A DNA stretch of 64,000 bases from a virus, in IMG/VR virus record IMGVR_UViG_3300044972_000601, positions 44,206 through 108,205 of that record, one strand, 5' to 3'. The notes beneath the pieces are model-generated. The model saw nothing but the letters and a program-made list of their open reading frames with translations. It was not told the DNA's origin and did no database searches. Within the stretch, counting starts at the first letter, position 1; each line of letters begins with the position of its first letter. Shown piece after piece: positions 37,798 through 48,473 of the stretch. A program made the position numbers and the translations under genes.

Positions 37798-40700
37798 TTA
37801 ACGTGCTCCGCTTGATATAAATGAAGCTGTTGCCAACATATTACCACTTACTCCACCTGTAAAATTAACTTTACTTTTAAAATTAATTGCAGTACCAAGA
37901 GTGTTTGTTATTTGATTTGATGTTGCAATTTTAATTTGGCCCGCTGTTGCTTCGTTAACATTTACGTTTGCACCGCCTCCACCAATTCTACTTGCAATAT
38001 ATGATTTAATTGCTCGCTGTGTTACTAATACATTGTCGCTGTTTGCAGGCAATGTTGCATCTGTTGAGATTTCAGTAACTGTTGCACTAGTTCCACCAAG
38101 CACAATGCCGCCCAGTGTTAATTGAGAAAGCCCGTTAAGTTGGAAGAAGCTGGCATTTAATGTTGCTGTTCCGCTGGCTTGTTCAACTTTAAACAAGTTA
38201 CCAACACGGAAGTTACCGTCTTGATCTGTTGCTGTGTAGAACACTCGGCCACCACCACTTTCTACTGCCAGGTTTTGCGGTTTAACTTCGCTTACGTCGA
38301 TATTTGGATAATTTGTCTCAGCGGTATTTCCTGTACCAATTTCTAAGAAATCGTGTCCAGTTAATCGTGTTTGGCTATAGTTAGTTGTAATAGTAACTGT
38401 TTGACCTTGTGGTGGTGCTTCGGCTAACAATATTTCAGGATAAACGGTAAATCTAGCAGAGTATGGACCAGTTCCTGTTATATGTTCGGCTGCTACCAAT
38501 CTAAAATTAGTGCTTGTACTAAGAAAGTTTACGTTTGCTCCAGGGCCAGGAACCGATGTAAGGCCACTAACATAAAGGTATGAACCGTATTGGTACGCAT
38601 CTTGGTAGCCAGTGCCGCCGGTAATAATTGCACTTGATGTCAAATATCCAGTTCCTCTATTACTAAAAGTGGGCGTAGCCAATACTCCGTTTCCGATCCT
38701 AATTTGATACTCTACTCCAGAACCATTTGGATCACCGATAACTATTGTTGGTGCAGATGCGTATCCGGAGCCAGGTTCAAATACTCTAAATTTACTAATC
38801 CGGCCAGATGTTACCACGGCTCTTGCTTGTGCTCTAGTTCCAGACCCTGGAGCACTAAATGTGATTCTAGGTTCAATACTGTACTGGCTTGTGGTATCAA
38901 GATCTACCACTGCATTAACACTTTGCATAGCATCCCAACCAGCTGTTCCGTTACTTTCTTTTAATATAGTGGCTAATTTAGTTGTTGCACTGTATGAACT
39001 AATATATCCGTATTGTCCTGCACCTCTTCCTGAAATAATAACAATACGCATTCCTAGATAGTTACTTTGCACATTTGAATCTCCCGCTGAAAGATAAATT
39101 GTTCCAGAAGATCCGCTACCTGCCTGTGCATAATTAATAACACTTAAATAGCCACCACCGCCGTAACTGCCAGACGAAGTTATGTCTGTTAATCTAATTT
39201 CGTATACTCCACCATCTCTTACTACAGCAGTGCTAGATGCGGCACTTAATCCTGAACCAGTAAATGAAAATGTTGTTGAACTGTCATAACTAACTCCTGC
39301 ATTGTCATATTCAAATCCTAAAATCTTAGAACCGTCTGTGAATACAAAACCAACAACTGCATGCGACCCACCGTTGTTAATTGTTCCTAGGATAGGAGTC
39401 TCCGTTGCCAGCGTGCCTTCTGCTACTGACCCAAAATCTCCGTAGCTATTGTTGCCGTTAGTGGCACGAATTTTGCCGCCGTTTTCCGCCAGATATCCAA
39501 TGTGTGCATAATACGTGAATACTGAAACTAATTCAGCACGGCCACCGTTAGTAATCCACATACCAATGCCATCACTAATTACCTGTGTGAAGTCGTTGGC
39601 CACAATAGATTTGTTGCCCCCACCATGTAACGCACCGTCTACCTTCATGCCAATACAGCCAGTTCCAAAAGTTGTAACGTTCTGCACGTAAGGACTACGA
39701 TATATAATTTGTGCTGCTGAATCTGCAATGCCGGTTGGATCCAAACTTACATACGCACCGGCTGTGGGGCGTTGTGTTCCAAAACTATTTGCTGTACCTA
39801 GTGTACCTCTCAATCCCTGAAGTGTCATATTTTTTAGAACAGTACCATCCCGCATATAAAACATATTACTAGTTGTGTAGCCAGTCGTTGGTTGAATAAC
39901 GGTTCCTCTTAACTCATCTCCAACTAGTGCAACATTGGATTGTATAGTGATAGGCAGCTCTTCTGAATATACGCCAGATTTAATGTATATAGTTGCTGTT
40001 CCAGTTACATTATTACAAGCATATTTGACAGTTCTAAACGGTTTGTCTAATGAAGTACCGTAACCTGGTGCATCAGTTCCTGCCAGTGAAACATAATAAA
40101 CTTTTGTTCTAACGCCCCATAGTCCCCATACTGGACTATTACCAGATACTTTTAATACTTGTCCGTCAGTGCCGGCTGCTAATCTAGTTTTGGCACCTGC
40201 ATTATAATAAATCATATCAGCAGGGCTGGTCATTACGTTGGTTGTTGTACCTTGTACTAGAATAGTCCAGTAAGTACCAGTGGTGCCGCCGCCAATATCA
40301 GTATCTGGTCTACTGCCAGCTGTTGCTCCGTGGGCCAAGGTGCATTGAAATGTGCTAGGACCGTAGCCAACAATATCGCCTAATTTGTATTGAGTTGCAG
40401 TTGGGATTAGGTCTGTTGTTAGCTCGAACCACGGGCCTCGCCATTTTGAACCTTGGTTAACTACTTTCCAATAACCTACATTTGGAGGTTCTTGAAGTGT
40501 ATTATCTGCTGTAGCAACATACAAGTAGCCGCCTACTCTCACAACGTCACCTACTTTGTATTGAATAGCAACTGGAGATGGGCCGCTGGTAGTGGCTACA
40601 TAATCTCCTACAAAATTATAGTTTGCTACTACAATAGACCAATAACTCAAATTGTTAAACGGTGTTTGATTTTCATTATTTTGCTCTGCACGATATGCAT

Positions 40701-41472
40701 ATCCACCATAAGATACAACATCGCCGCGTTGATACGGTGTTATATTATCCCATGTTGCAGATTCAATTTGTAAACCATCTAAATACACTGACCAATTGGC
40801 TAGATTAGCGGCAAATGCTGTTGCGGTATGACCTGCTGTGGCAATCCATAACGATCCACCATATTTGACTACATCGTTAACTTTGTAACGAATGGCAGTG
40901 GTCCAAGTACCCTTAAAATCATTTTGTTGATATACAACTTGCCAGACTCCAATGTCTGCTTCTAAACCGCTGGCATACGATGCCACACTATTGTGAGGAG
41001 CTGTACATCTGTACACAGTGGCACCGTATTTTACAAGGTCGTTAATTTTATATCGTGTGCTTGTTGTCCAATCTTGTGTCCAGTAATCTGATTTGGCCAC
41101 TGTTTCCCATCTGGAAATATTAGCCTCCAATCCCGAAATGGTGTCAGGGCCTGCAACACCCGAAGTTGTTATGCCGCTGCTGGTATGCGATAACAAGCAT
41201 CTGTAAACAATGCCGTTGTAACGAACCAAGTCACCTGGATTGTACAATGTGCTAGTAGCCCAAGTACTTCTCCAAGCATATCCGTCTAACATCAGTACCC
41301 ATGTTGCAGCTGCCAATGCAGGTGCAAATGTAGAGCCGCTGGTATGTGTAACAAAACAAATGAATGTTTTGCCGCCGTACGCTACTACATCGTCTTTGAC
41401 ATATTCTGTGGCAGCAGCCCAGTTACCTTTCCAGGTATATCTAATTCTTGCTATTTTAAAATCTGTAGTCAT
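37798..41472 (-). CDS. Tail fibre/adhesin, shorter paralog (CBM5/12-like repeats + beta-helix)
   Basis: Same architecture and long near-identical peptides (RAELVSVFTYYAHIGYLAE.GGKIRATNGNNSYG, YSQTRLTGHDFL.IGTG). Confidence 0.75.
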   Translation of the reverse strand: MTTDFKIARIRYTWKGNWAAATEYVKDDVVAYGGKTFICFVTHTSGSTFAPALAAATWVLMLDGYAWRSTWATSTLYNPGDLVRYNGIVYRCLLSHTSSGITTSGVAGPDTISGLEANISRWETVAKSDYWTQDWTTSTRYKINDLVKYGATVYRCTAPHNSVASYASGLEADIGVWQVVYQQNDFKGTWTTAIRYKVNDVVKYGGSLWIATAGHTATAFAANLANWSVYLDGLQIESATWDNITPYQRGDVVSYGGYAYRAEQNNENQTPFNNLSYWSIVVANYNFVGDYVATTSGPSPVAIQYKVGDVVRVGGYLYVATADNTLQEPPNVGYWKVVNQGSKWRGPWFELTTDLIPTATQYKLGDIVGYGPSTFQCTLAHGATAGSRPDTDIGGGTTGTYWTILVQGTTTNVMTSPADMIYYNAGAKTRLAAGTDGQVLKVSGNSPVWGLWGVRTKVYYVSLAGTDAPGYGTSLDKPFRTVKYACNNVTGTATIYIKSGVYSEELPITIQSNVALVGDELRGTVIQPTTGYTTSNMFYMRDGTVLKNMTLQGLRGTLGTANSFGTQRPTAGAYVSLDPTGIADSAAQIIYRSPYVQNVTTFGTGCIGMKVDGALHGGGNKSIVANDFTQVISDGIGMWITNGGRAELVSVFTYYAHIGYLAENGGKIRATNGNNSYGDFGSVAEGTLATETPILGTINNGGSHAVVGFVFTDGSKILGFEYDNAGVSYDSSTTFSFTGSGLSAASSTAVVRDGGVYEIRLTDITSSGSYGGGGYLSVINYAQAGSGSSGTIYLSAGDSNVQSNYLGMRIVIISGRGAGQYGYISSYSATTKLATILKESNGTAGWDAMQSVNAVVDLDTTSQYSIEPRITFSAPGSGTRAQARAVVTSGRISKFRVFEPGSGYASAPTIVIGDPNGSGVEYQIRIGNGVLATPTFSNRGTGYLTSSAIITGGTGYQDAYQYGSYLYVSGLTSVPGPGANVNFLSTSTNFRLVAAEHITGTGPYSARFTVYPEILLAEAPPQGQTVTITTNYSQTRLTGHDFLEIGTGNTAETNYPNIDVSEVKPQNLAVESGGGRVFYTATDQDGNFRVGNLFKVEQASGTATLNASFFQLNGLSQLTLGGIVLGGTSATVTEISTDATLPANSDNVLVTQRAIKSYIASRIGGGGANVNVNEATAGQIKIATSNQITNTLGTAINFKSKVNFTGGVSGNMLATASFISSGAR

Positions 41473-41481
41473 AGTTTACTC

Positions 41482-41847
41482 TTAACTTGAAATACCTGTT
41501 GGGTATGTGTATTTTGTGTTTATTCTAGCTACTAACTGGCCAGCTTCATCAACGTAATAATAAATTCTGCGATTGTCCCAGCGATATTGTTCATACAATA
41601 AGTTTTCATAAACGATGTTATGATACACATCACGGCCTTCATAGAAGTCTGTACCTGTATCAAAGTCTTCGTAATTATTTTCAATATCACCGACTGCATT
41701 GACTGACAGTGTGTCTAATCTACTCATTTGATCAACCAGTGTGAGAGTAATTTCGCCATCGTCGTTGCGTTTAATGCCCATGAAGTATCGAGGTTGAGAT
41801 CCAATCAGTTCATCTTGACTACGTCCAAAAAAGTAATTGCTATTCAT
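41482..41847 (-). CDS. Hypothetical virion-associated protein
   Basis: 121-aa ORF in the structural operon with AAGGA RBS. Confidence 0.5.
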   Translation of the reverse strand: MNSNYFFGRSQDELIGSQPRYFMGIKRNDDGEITLTLVDQMSRLDTLSVNAVGDIENNYEDFDTGTDFYEGRDVYHNIVYENLLYEQYRWDNRRIYYYVDEAGQLVARINTKYTYPTGISS

Positions 41848-41857
41848 ATCGGTTCCT

Positions 41858-42187
41858 TTATGCTATTTCAGCGTAACTGGCAATAACATCTAAACTTGCG
41901 GCGGTGTCGCTAATAACACTTAAACTACAACTGTTGCCTAAAATAATCTTTTCGCCATTCTGTACTAATTTTGCCGAGGTATAGGGTGGTATAATAAGTT
42001 GTTTTATATAATAACCCTTGGTTGAAGTAGCATCTGTAATGTACACATCCACAATAACATCATAGTCAACGATGTTTGCCACACTTAATCCAATAAGTGT
42101 AAAAATGTTAGAAGGAGTTGTTGACAAAATTGTCGTTTCAACGGTTCCTATTTCTTTTTCAACTGTTGTTCTAAAATAAGTCGTCAT
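41858..42187 (-). CDS. Small virion beta-sandwich adaptor protein
   Basis: IGLSVAN ... IPP..S..L...GEKIIL ... SLDVI.SY.EI; paralog family of 29165 and 46041 ORFs. Confidence 0.5.
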   Translation of the reverse strand: MTTYFRTTVEKEIGTVETTILSTTPSNIFTLIGLSVANIVDYDVIVDVYITDATSTKGYYIKQLIIPPYTSAKLVQNGEKIILGNSCSLSVISDTAASLDVIASYAEIA

Positions 42188-42192
42188 TTCTA

Positions 42193-43251
42193 TTATCCAA
42201 ATATTAAGGCAGTTTGAATGCCAATGTCTGTGGCCACGTTAGCAGTAACACCTGCGGCTGCACCAGCAACACTAATCCAGGCAGTGCCGTTCCAAATTTC
42301 AACAAGAAACAATTCGTTGTTGTAACGCATCATGCCAGTTTCAACATATATGCCAGTTGGTCTTGCGGCAACAGATCCTACTGGAATTACAACACCACGG
42401 GTGCCAGCAATTTTTATATAGCCGTTATTAGTTTCAACAAATTCAGTTACTGCGTTATTAGAAATATTTGTAATTGTATTATTAAAAATCTTAATATTTC
42501 CAAGAACTACTCCGCCTGTTCCGCTAGTTGTAAAATTAATATTAGTGTCAGCTGTTTTAGCACTGATAGTATTGCCAGTAATTTCTAAATTAACTGTTTG
42601 AAAATTATCAGCTGTGAAATTAGTTGTTGTGATGCTGGATACTGTAACCGCATCACTGTACACGCCCGCCCATTTTAAAGATGGCGTACCAAGTGTAAAC
42701 TGATTGTTCTGACTAGGAATAATGTCACTACCAATTTCGCCTTCAAAGTCAACAACATCTGTAGTTTGATTACCTAATGTGATATTTCCGTTGGCAGTAA
42801 TATTACCAGTGGCATAGATATCACCGTTAACATACACATTACCGTTGACATTAACTTGTCCTGAGCCAGCAGTTGTGATATTTAAATCTTGATTAGTTCC
42901 CAGCGTGGCAATTGTGTTGCCGCTGATTTCAAGTGCAGTTCCGATTAATGCACGGCCTTGATACACAACGCCGTTTGCACCACTTGGTACAAAATTAATT
43001 GTTGAACTTGAACTGCTTATTGTGTTATTTACAAGAGTAAAACTGGCAAGCTGTGCTTGATTATTTACTTCAAGGTTTGTTGATTTTGTTGTGCCGTTGA
43101 CATCGAGTGTGTACTGGGGAGATGCGTTATTAACACCAATTTTATGGCTTGTGACATCTAAGTAAAGTAGGCTCGTCTCAAAGGCCAGATTCACTCCATT
43201 ACGAAGTAAATTATCCTTTAAGAGCGGACCTGAGATACGACCAACAGCCAT
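42193..43251 (-). CDS. Virion structural/fibre protein
   Basis: GRISGPLL.DNLLR.G..LAF.T..LYL.V N-terminus, IGVNNASP..TLDVNG, IP.G....RP....GM.RYN C-terminus. Confidence 0.6.
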   Translation of the reverse strand: MAVGRISGPLLKDNLLRNGVNLAFETSLLYLDVTSHKIGVNNASPQYTLDVNGTTKSTNLEVNNQAQLASFTLVNNTISSSSSTINFVPSGANGVVYQGRALIGTALEISGNTIATLGTNQDLNITTAGSGQVNVNGNVYVNGDIYATGNITANGNITLGNQTTDVVDFEGEIGSDIIPSQNNQFTLGTPSLKWAGVYSDAVTVSSITTTNFTADNFQTVNLEITGNTISAKTADTNINFTTSGTGGVVLGNIKIFNNTITNISNNAVTEFVETNNGYIKIAGTRGVVIPVGSVAARPTGIYVETGMMRYNNELFLVEIWNGTAWISVAGAAAGVTANVATDIGIQTALIFG

Positions 43252-43372
43252 TTACGCTCCTTTGTACACCGAGTTTCACGGATAACCACCTTACATAGCG
43301 GGTTTACCACTGTTGAATATCGTAAAAACTTGGTCAGTCTTTACAGTAATAGTATTTATTATATTTTGGTTT

Positions 43373-44989
43373 TTAACCCAGTATAAGAGTCCAAATGTCC
43401 ATGATGTCAGTGACCTCGTCTGTTGAAAGAACAGGACTGGTACCAATCATAGGAATCCATTTACGTTGTATACTAATATTATTTCCAGATGCTAAAAATC
43501 CAGTTGCGGCTACATCTACATCAATGCTGACTCCTGGAACAACTCCAGTAATCAACGTTAATGTGGCAAATATTCCCGGAGTAGGTGAACTGACAAAATC
43601 ACCTATTGAAAATCCCACAGTGCTGTCCACATAGATTGTGGTATCTCCAATATTAATATCTGCGGTAACAACTGTTAGTGTAACTGTGGTAGTGTTAGAA
43701 ACATTTGCATAAACTTCAGGCGTAAATGAAGTTGTATTATAACGAATTGTTCCTAAGTCAGGACTAGCAGGCCGCTCTAGGGTAGTTCCTATTGGAATTG
43801 ACCAGCCGGTTGGGCCACCGAATTTAAAATATCCGTTGCCTGTTGAAACAAATTCTAATGGAGTGGAATCATGATGTGAAAATGTATTGTCTTTAATGGA
43901 TAAAAAGCTGTTGAAATTCAAACTGCCAGTGCCACTAGGAACTAAATTAACATCATTAGACGTGACAATGTTACTAATAGCATTGCCACTAATCCTAATA
44001 TTACCTGCATCTAGAGTAGTAATAGTTGCGTTGGTTGTGTTAAAATTTGTTGTTACTAAACTGGTAGCATGTATATTCTTCCAAATTGATGGAGTTGTAT
44101 CTTCGCCTAGATTATACGTACCGCCAATGATGGGAATTATATCACTACCTACATTTGCTCCGAATGTAATAACATCGCCGGTGTCATTGCCCAACGTGAT
44201 GTCTCCGTCAAATGTAATATTACCAGTGGAAGTAATTGTACCATCCACATGTAGATTGGTTTTACTAATTGTCAGTGTTATTGTATCTAACGGATTTAAA
44301 TCTACTAATGGGTTATTACTTGTGAAAATTATATAATAGTCTTGTCCGTAATTTGCAAACGGTCCCTGTACAATGGTTACAGTAGTGCCTTTAATAAATT
44401 GTGCAAGATTAGTAAGATATGATCCTACATCTAATCCACTAGATTCCCAACTTGCTCGCGTAGCATAAAAATAATTTAAACTAGTTGTAGTATAAAATCC
44501 TGGATCATTTGGAACAACTAGTGTGGCTGCTACTCCTGTACCAAAAACTAATCTACCAGTAGGATCGAATATAATATTTTGATCAGCAAGTCCAGTAAGT
44601 TCGGAACCAACAAAATTAAATTTATTTGTACTACCTATACCAGTTAATTGAATAATAGGATCAGTGCTTTGATCTGGAGTGATGTAGATATTTTCATTAA
44701 GATAGTTTGCAATTTGATCTAACGTGCCAGTACCGCCAAACGATAAGTGAGCAATATCTGCTTGGGTGTTTATTATAAGATCATCGGAATATATATCTCC
44801 AAATATATCTAAAGTTCTAACAGGTGTATTGGTATTAAATCCTACAAATTTATTATTGACATTAAGGTACAGTACATCTGTATCAAATGCAAGATCAATT
44901 CCGCTACGCAGTAAATTATCTGACAGCAAAGGACCGCTTATGCGACCAAACTCTTTTCCTGGAGAAACTTGATTAATTTTTAAGGCCAT
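43373..44989 (-). CDS. Virion structural/fibre protein, paralog of 42193..43251 with insertions
   Basis: GRISGPLLSDNLLRSGIDLAF and IPIGTT.ERP....G.IRYN shared motifs. Confidence 0.6.
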   Translation of the reverse strand: MALKINQVSPGKEFGRISGPLLSDNLLRSGIDLAFDTDVLYLNVNNKFVGFNTNTPVRTLDIFGDIYSDDLIINTQADIAHLSFGGTGTLDQIANYLNENIYITPDQSTDPIIQLTGIGSTNKFNFVGSELTGLADQNIIFDPTGRLVFGTGVAATLVVPNDPGFYTTTSLNYFYATRASWESSGLDVGSYLTNLAQFIKGTTVTIVQGPFANYGQDYYIIFTSNNPLVDLNPLDTITLTISKTNLHVDGTITSTGNITFDGDITLGNDTGDVITFGANVGSDIIPIIGGTYNLGEDTTPSIWKNIHATSLVTTNFNTTNATITTLDAGNIRISGNAISNIVTSNDVNLVPSGTGSLNFNSFLSIKDNTFSHHDSTPLEFVSTGNGYFKFGGPTGWSIPIGTTLERPASPDLGTIRYNTTSFTPEVYANVSNTTTVTLTVVTADINIGDTTIYVDSTVGFSIGDFVSSPTPGIFATLTLITGVVPGVSIDVDVAATGFLASGNNISIQRKWIPMIGTSPVLSTDEVTDIMDIWTLILG

Positions 44990-45000
44990 AACTAATGCAC

Positions 45001-46041
45001 TTATTGATCAAAACCATGCAATACAGTTACTGGTTTTCCTGGTGGAACTGGGCTACTAAATTGCAAGTACCAACCATCTCCAATCTGTGAAGGGTTGGCA
45101 ATAGTAATGGCGGTTCCTGCAACAATTGGAGATCCAGTAATTGGATTACTAATATCAATGCTGGTCAATGCACCAGTTGCTAGGTCTGTAGTATATTCCA
45201 CTAATGTTGTAAGTGCTGGAATACCAGTTCCAGATACTGCGGCACCAGTAAGATCCATTGCTGGATAAATTGTATTAATACTTGTAATTGTGCCTGCCAC
45301 AGTTTGAGATCCAGTAGTGGTATTCATATAACTTACTGAAGTTGTATTGCAATTAGTTACAACTGCTTCTCCGTTATATCCGTAAGGTGTCATTCCAGTT
45401 ACTAGTATAGTTTCGCCTATTGAAAATGGTGCAGCTGGTTGTGCGGCAAATGTTAAGGTTGCAGTAGTAGTTGAACCACTTGCACCAGTTGTTTGTAAAC
45501 TGGTATTAAAATATAATCTAGTTGCAGTTACAAGTTCAGTTCTACTAAGGGTGCCGTTATAAGTTTCTGCACTAAAAGTTGGATTTTGTTCAACCAAATA
45601 ATTTGTAGTATGCAATTGAATTACATTTTCAACAATTACTAACAAGTTAGCACCTGTCCATGTATACCCGCGTTGTGCGGTAACAGCATACGGTGACGGA
45701 CTTAACGGCCCAAAGTATACAGTGTCGCCGTCGCCTACTCCAAGAGTTTGTTGAGTAATTTCACCAGATTCTCTATAGCGTAATGCACGCCAAGTACTAC
45801 CTTGATACACTTCTATATCAAGTGTTGTTTCGTTATATCGCATCATTCCATTTTGCGGAACAACCGGGCGTTCGTTATCAACATCGCCAAAACCACCAGA
45901 CGGCACAGTATCATCACCAAGGCCGTTGGGCAACTTTAATGCTGTACGAGAGTCCATTATTACAGAACCGTTCGTATCAACATACAGTGTGTTATCGTAA
46001 ACTGCTCTACGATTTAAAGTTTGTCGTCTTAAATATCTCAT
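45001..46041 (-). CDS. Virion structural protein
   Basis: RP..P.NGMMRYN motif; F.SPVP.GKPVTVLHGFD end; structural operon. Confidence 0.5.
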   Translation of the reverse strand: MRYLRRQTLNRRAVYDNTLYVDTNGSVIMDSRTALKLPNGLGDDTVPSGGFGDVDNERPVVPQNGMMRYNETTLDIEVYQGSTWRALRYRESGEITQQTLGVGDGDTVYFGPLSPSPYAVTAQRGYTWTGANLLVIVENVIQLHTTNYLVEQNPTFSAETYNGTLSRTELVTATRLYFNTSLQTTGASGSTTTATLTFAAQPAAPFSIGETILVTGMTPYGYNGEAVVTNCNTTSVSYMNTTTGSQTVAGTITSINTIYPAMDLTGAAVSGTGIPALTTLVEYTTDLATGALTSIDISNPITGSPIVAGTAITIANPSQIGDGWYLQFSSPVPPGKPVTVLHGFDQ

Positions 46042-46373
46042 TATACTGCCAACGTACTTATAGTCATTACTAATGTGCTGCCGTCATCGGCTTTTGCATA
46101 TAGTTTGTCGCCATTTTCTAATACTAATTTTTCTTGATCTAAACTCAATGTTTCTCCAGCTGTGATGGGAAGCCCATTAACAATTAAATTAACATCTGCA
46201 GGTGTGCCGCCACCGGGCACTGCATACAAATAAAAGTTAGTAGCATTAAGTGCAGGATTGCTTGCGGCAAATGGAAATAAATTGCAAACAATTATGCAAG
46301 TGATTGCATTGCTACCGGTACTGGTATATACCGATGCTGCTGTAGTAGTAATAGCCGCTGATGTTATTGCCAT
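46041..46373 (-). CDS. Small virion beta-sandwich adaptor protein
   Basis: VYTS.G.NAIT.IIVCN ... I.AGET..LD.EKLVL.NGD. Confidence 0.5.
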   Translation of the reverse strand: MAITSAAITTTAASVYTSTGSNAITCIIVCNLFPFAASNPALNATNFYLYAVPGGGTPADVNLIVNGLPITAGETLSLDQEKLVLENGDKLYAKADDGSTLVMTISTLAV

Positions 46374-46382
46374 AATTTTTCC

Positions 46383-47438
46383 TTATAATAATATACTTAA
46401 TAAAACTGCACGATTCTTACTTACTAATTCGTCTACATTGTTAGTCATGCCAGTTGTACTGGAGTTTTTAAAAAATAATCCAGTTTTACCAGCACCTATA
46501 TTTGCTGTATTTGAAAATACTTGGGTTTTTGTAGCAGATAATACGGGGAATGTTGATTGATTTGTTAAATTTAAAAACGAATTAATTTCAACGTTGTTGT
46601 TATTTGCAAGCAATGTTAAATTATTACTAGATATGTTATTAATAGAATCGTCAAGAATATTTACATTATTAACACTTAATCCATTTTGGCTCAGTGTTGC
46701 TACAATATTTTGATTGTTAAGTATGCCCGAAGGTCCTACAAAGAATTGAATGTTACTGCCAAATGCTTGGATTTTAGTATCTTCATTACCTGGTGCGGCT
46801 GTTGGAGGAAAGTACATCCTGTCAACAGTAGCAACACCGCCACTAGCTGTTACATAGTTTGTGATCGATTTCCAATTTGGAATATTGTTATCGTTGTCAG
46901 ACACGTGTATATAGTAATCGTCATTGTTGCCGCCATTGACAATACGCAACATGCCGCCTGTACTTTTTAAATCAAATATAAAATCCGCAGCACGGTCATT
47001 TACAATACCTGCTAAACTTAGACCAGTAACAATATTACTTGTTGCAGTTTTTAAAACAAATGTACCATATACCTCAGCAGAAACTGCCGATTCGTAGTAC
47101 GATACTTTTTCATCAAATATTATCAGTGCATTTCCATTAGGATGAGCACCGCGGTCAATTTCAATTCCAGAACGTTTGTTGGACTGAGCATCTGCAACAA
47201 TTCCCCAGTCAGGATAAACTGCAAGAGGATTGGTGTTGCCGCCACCTTTGTTAAGAGTTATAAGTCTATCTTCAATGTATAGTTGTGAAGTGTTAACAGC
47301 CGTAGTGTTACCTTGAACTACCAAATCTCCAGTGATATAAGTAGTGCCAGCATCAGGTCCAGTATCCAATGTTATAGTTCCATTGTAACCTGTTTGAATT
47401 CTATAATTGCTTTGACTGACTTTTAATATTCTTGACAT
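46383..47438 (-). CDS. Virion structural protein
   Basis: ITGDL.V.G.TT.VN....IED..ITLNKG ... SGIEIDRG fibre-type motif. Confidence 0.55.
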   Translation of the reverse strand: MSRILKVSQSNYRIQTGYNGTITLDTGPDAGTTYITGDLVVQGNTTAVNTSQLYIEDRLITLNKGGGNTNPLAVYPDWGIVADAQSNKRSGIEIDRGAHPNGNALIIFDEKVSYYESAVSAEVYGTFVLKTATSNIVTGLSLAGIVNDRAADFIFDLKSTGGMLRIVNGGNNDDYYIHVSDNDNNIPNWKSITNYVTASGGVATVDRMYFPPTAAPGNEDTKIQAFGSNIQFFVGPSGILNNQNIVATLSQNGLSVNNVNILDDSINNISSNNLTLLANNNNVEINSFLNLTNQSTFPVLSATKTQVFSNTANIGAGKTGLFFKNSSTTGMTNNVDELVSKNRAVLLSILL

Positions 47439-47464
47439 CTATTATCCTTAACATTATCCTTAAG

Positions 47465-47484
47465 TTAGGGGCCGAAGCCCCTAA
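47465..47484 (-). terminator. C(UUCG)G hairpin, terminator or mRNA-stabilising stem
   Basis: Minus strand TTAGGGGC-TTCG-GCCCCTAA; weak U-tract. Confidence 0.6.
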
Positions 47485-47489
47485 ATTAA

Positions 47490-48473
47490 TTAAGCGTTAG
47501 CAAGTTGAACATATACTCCAACCGGAGCAACTAGTTTCCAAGGAGCTTGTTGACCAGTAGTATACAAATGTCCCGATCCGCCTGCGACTGTTAATGTTGC
47601 CTTGTGTGCTGTAATCTTAGTAGCAAAGTACTCGCCGCCTGCACTATCAAGAACTGCCACACTACATTCGCCAGCAGCATCAGCTAACGAACCAGTTAAC
47701 TTAACAGTACCAGTTAGTGTACCGTCTGTTACTTTATAACGACGACCAGATACTTGTTTCTTAATGTCAACTGATAGTGCTGATCCGCCTGTTAAGAATG
47801 CTGTCATTAAAATGGCATTTTCTTGATTGGTTGTTGAACCAACGTTGCCAGTGTCAGTGGATAAAACAGCAACTTTAGTAGCATTACCGGTCATTGTGAT
47901 TGATGGTGCTGATACATAACCAGAACCTTTTTCATTAATTGCTACTGCTAATACACCCCACGTAATTGTTACACGTAAGTTGTTACCAGTTCCGCCAGTT
48001 GTAAACATTTGTGTAACAGTACTACCCGGATTGCTTGCTGCGGTAGCTCCGTTGTATGCTAATACTGTGTACGAACCGCCTGCAACTAGTTCAATAGTTG
48101 TAGCTGCGCCGCCGCCGTCTATACTTTTAATTCTAAAACTTGCGCGAGTTGTATATGTGCCGTCAACAGTGCCCGTCCCGCCTGCTGCTGATCCGCTGCC
48201 TAACGTTACAACTTCTTCGTCAAGATAGCTGCCGCCGCCGTTATCAATACTAACTGACTTGACAACCATAGTGATAGCGCCTGCTGTTGCAGTAACACCG
48301 CCTGGTAGTGTAGGTGCTGCAAATGTTGCTGTTGGTACTGCAATGTAATTGTTGTTTGTGCCAGCGATAGTAACGCTAGCAACGCCTTGGCCGCCAATGC
48401 CATTATCGGTTGTTACGCTTGTGGAACCAATGTTTCGGTTACCAAAATATTTTTTATTTAAAGGACGTCCCAT
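47490..48473 (-). CDS. Probable abundant virion protein (capsid-decoration candidate)
   Basis: Follows MCP, own late promoter (48561-48568), strong AAGGAG RBS, G/T/A-rich beta composition. Confidence 0.45.
   Translation of the reverse strand: MGRPLNKKYFGNRNIGSTSVTTDNGIGGQGVASVTIAGTNNNYIAVPTATFAAPTLPGGVTATAGAITMVVKSVSIDNGGGSYLDEEVVTLGSGSAAGGTGTVDGTYTTRASFRIKSIDGGGAATTIELVAGGSYTVLAYNGATAASNPGSTVTQMFTTGGTGNNLRVTITWGVLAVAINEKGSGYVSAPSITMTGNATKVAVLSTDTGNVGSTTNQENAILMTAFLTGGSALSVDIKKQVSGRRYKVTDGTLTGTVKLTGSLADAAGECSVAVLDSAGGEYFATKITAHKATLTVAGGSGHLYTTGQQAPWKLVAPVGVYVQLANA

Noticed and set aside
47441-47463. 11-nt direct repeat attatccttaa x2
   Set aside because: A small duplication of the RBS region; no evidence of a mobile element target site
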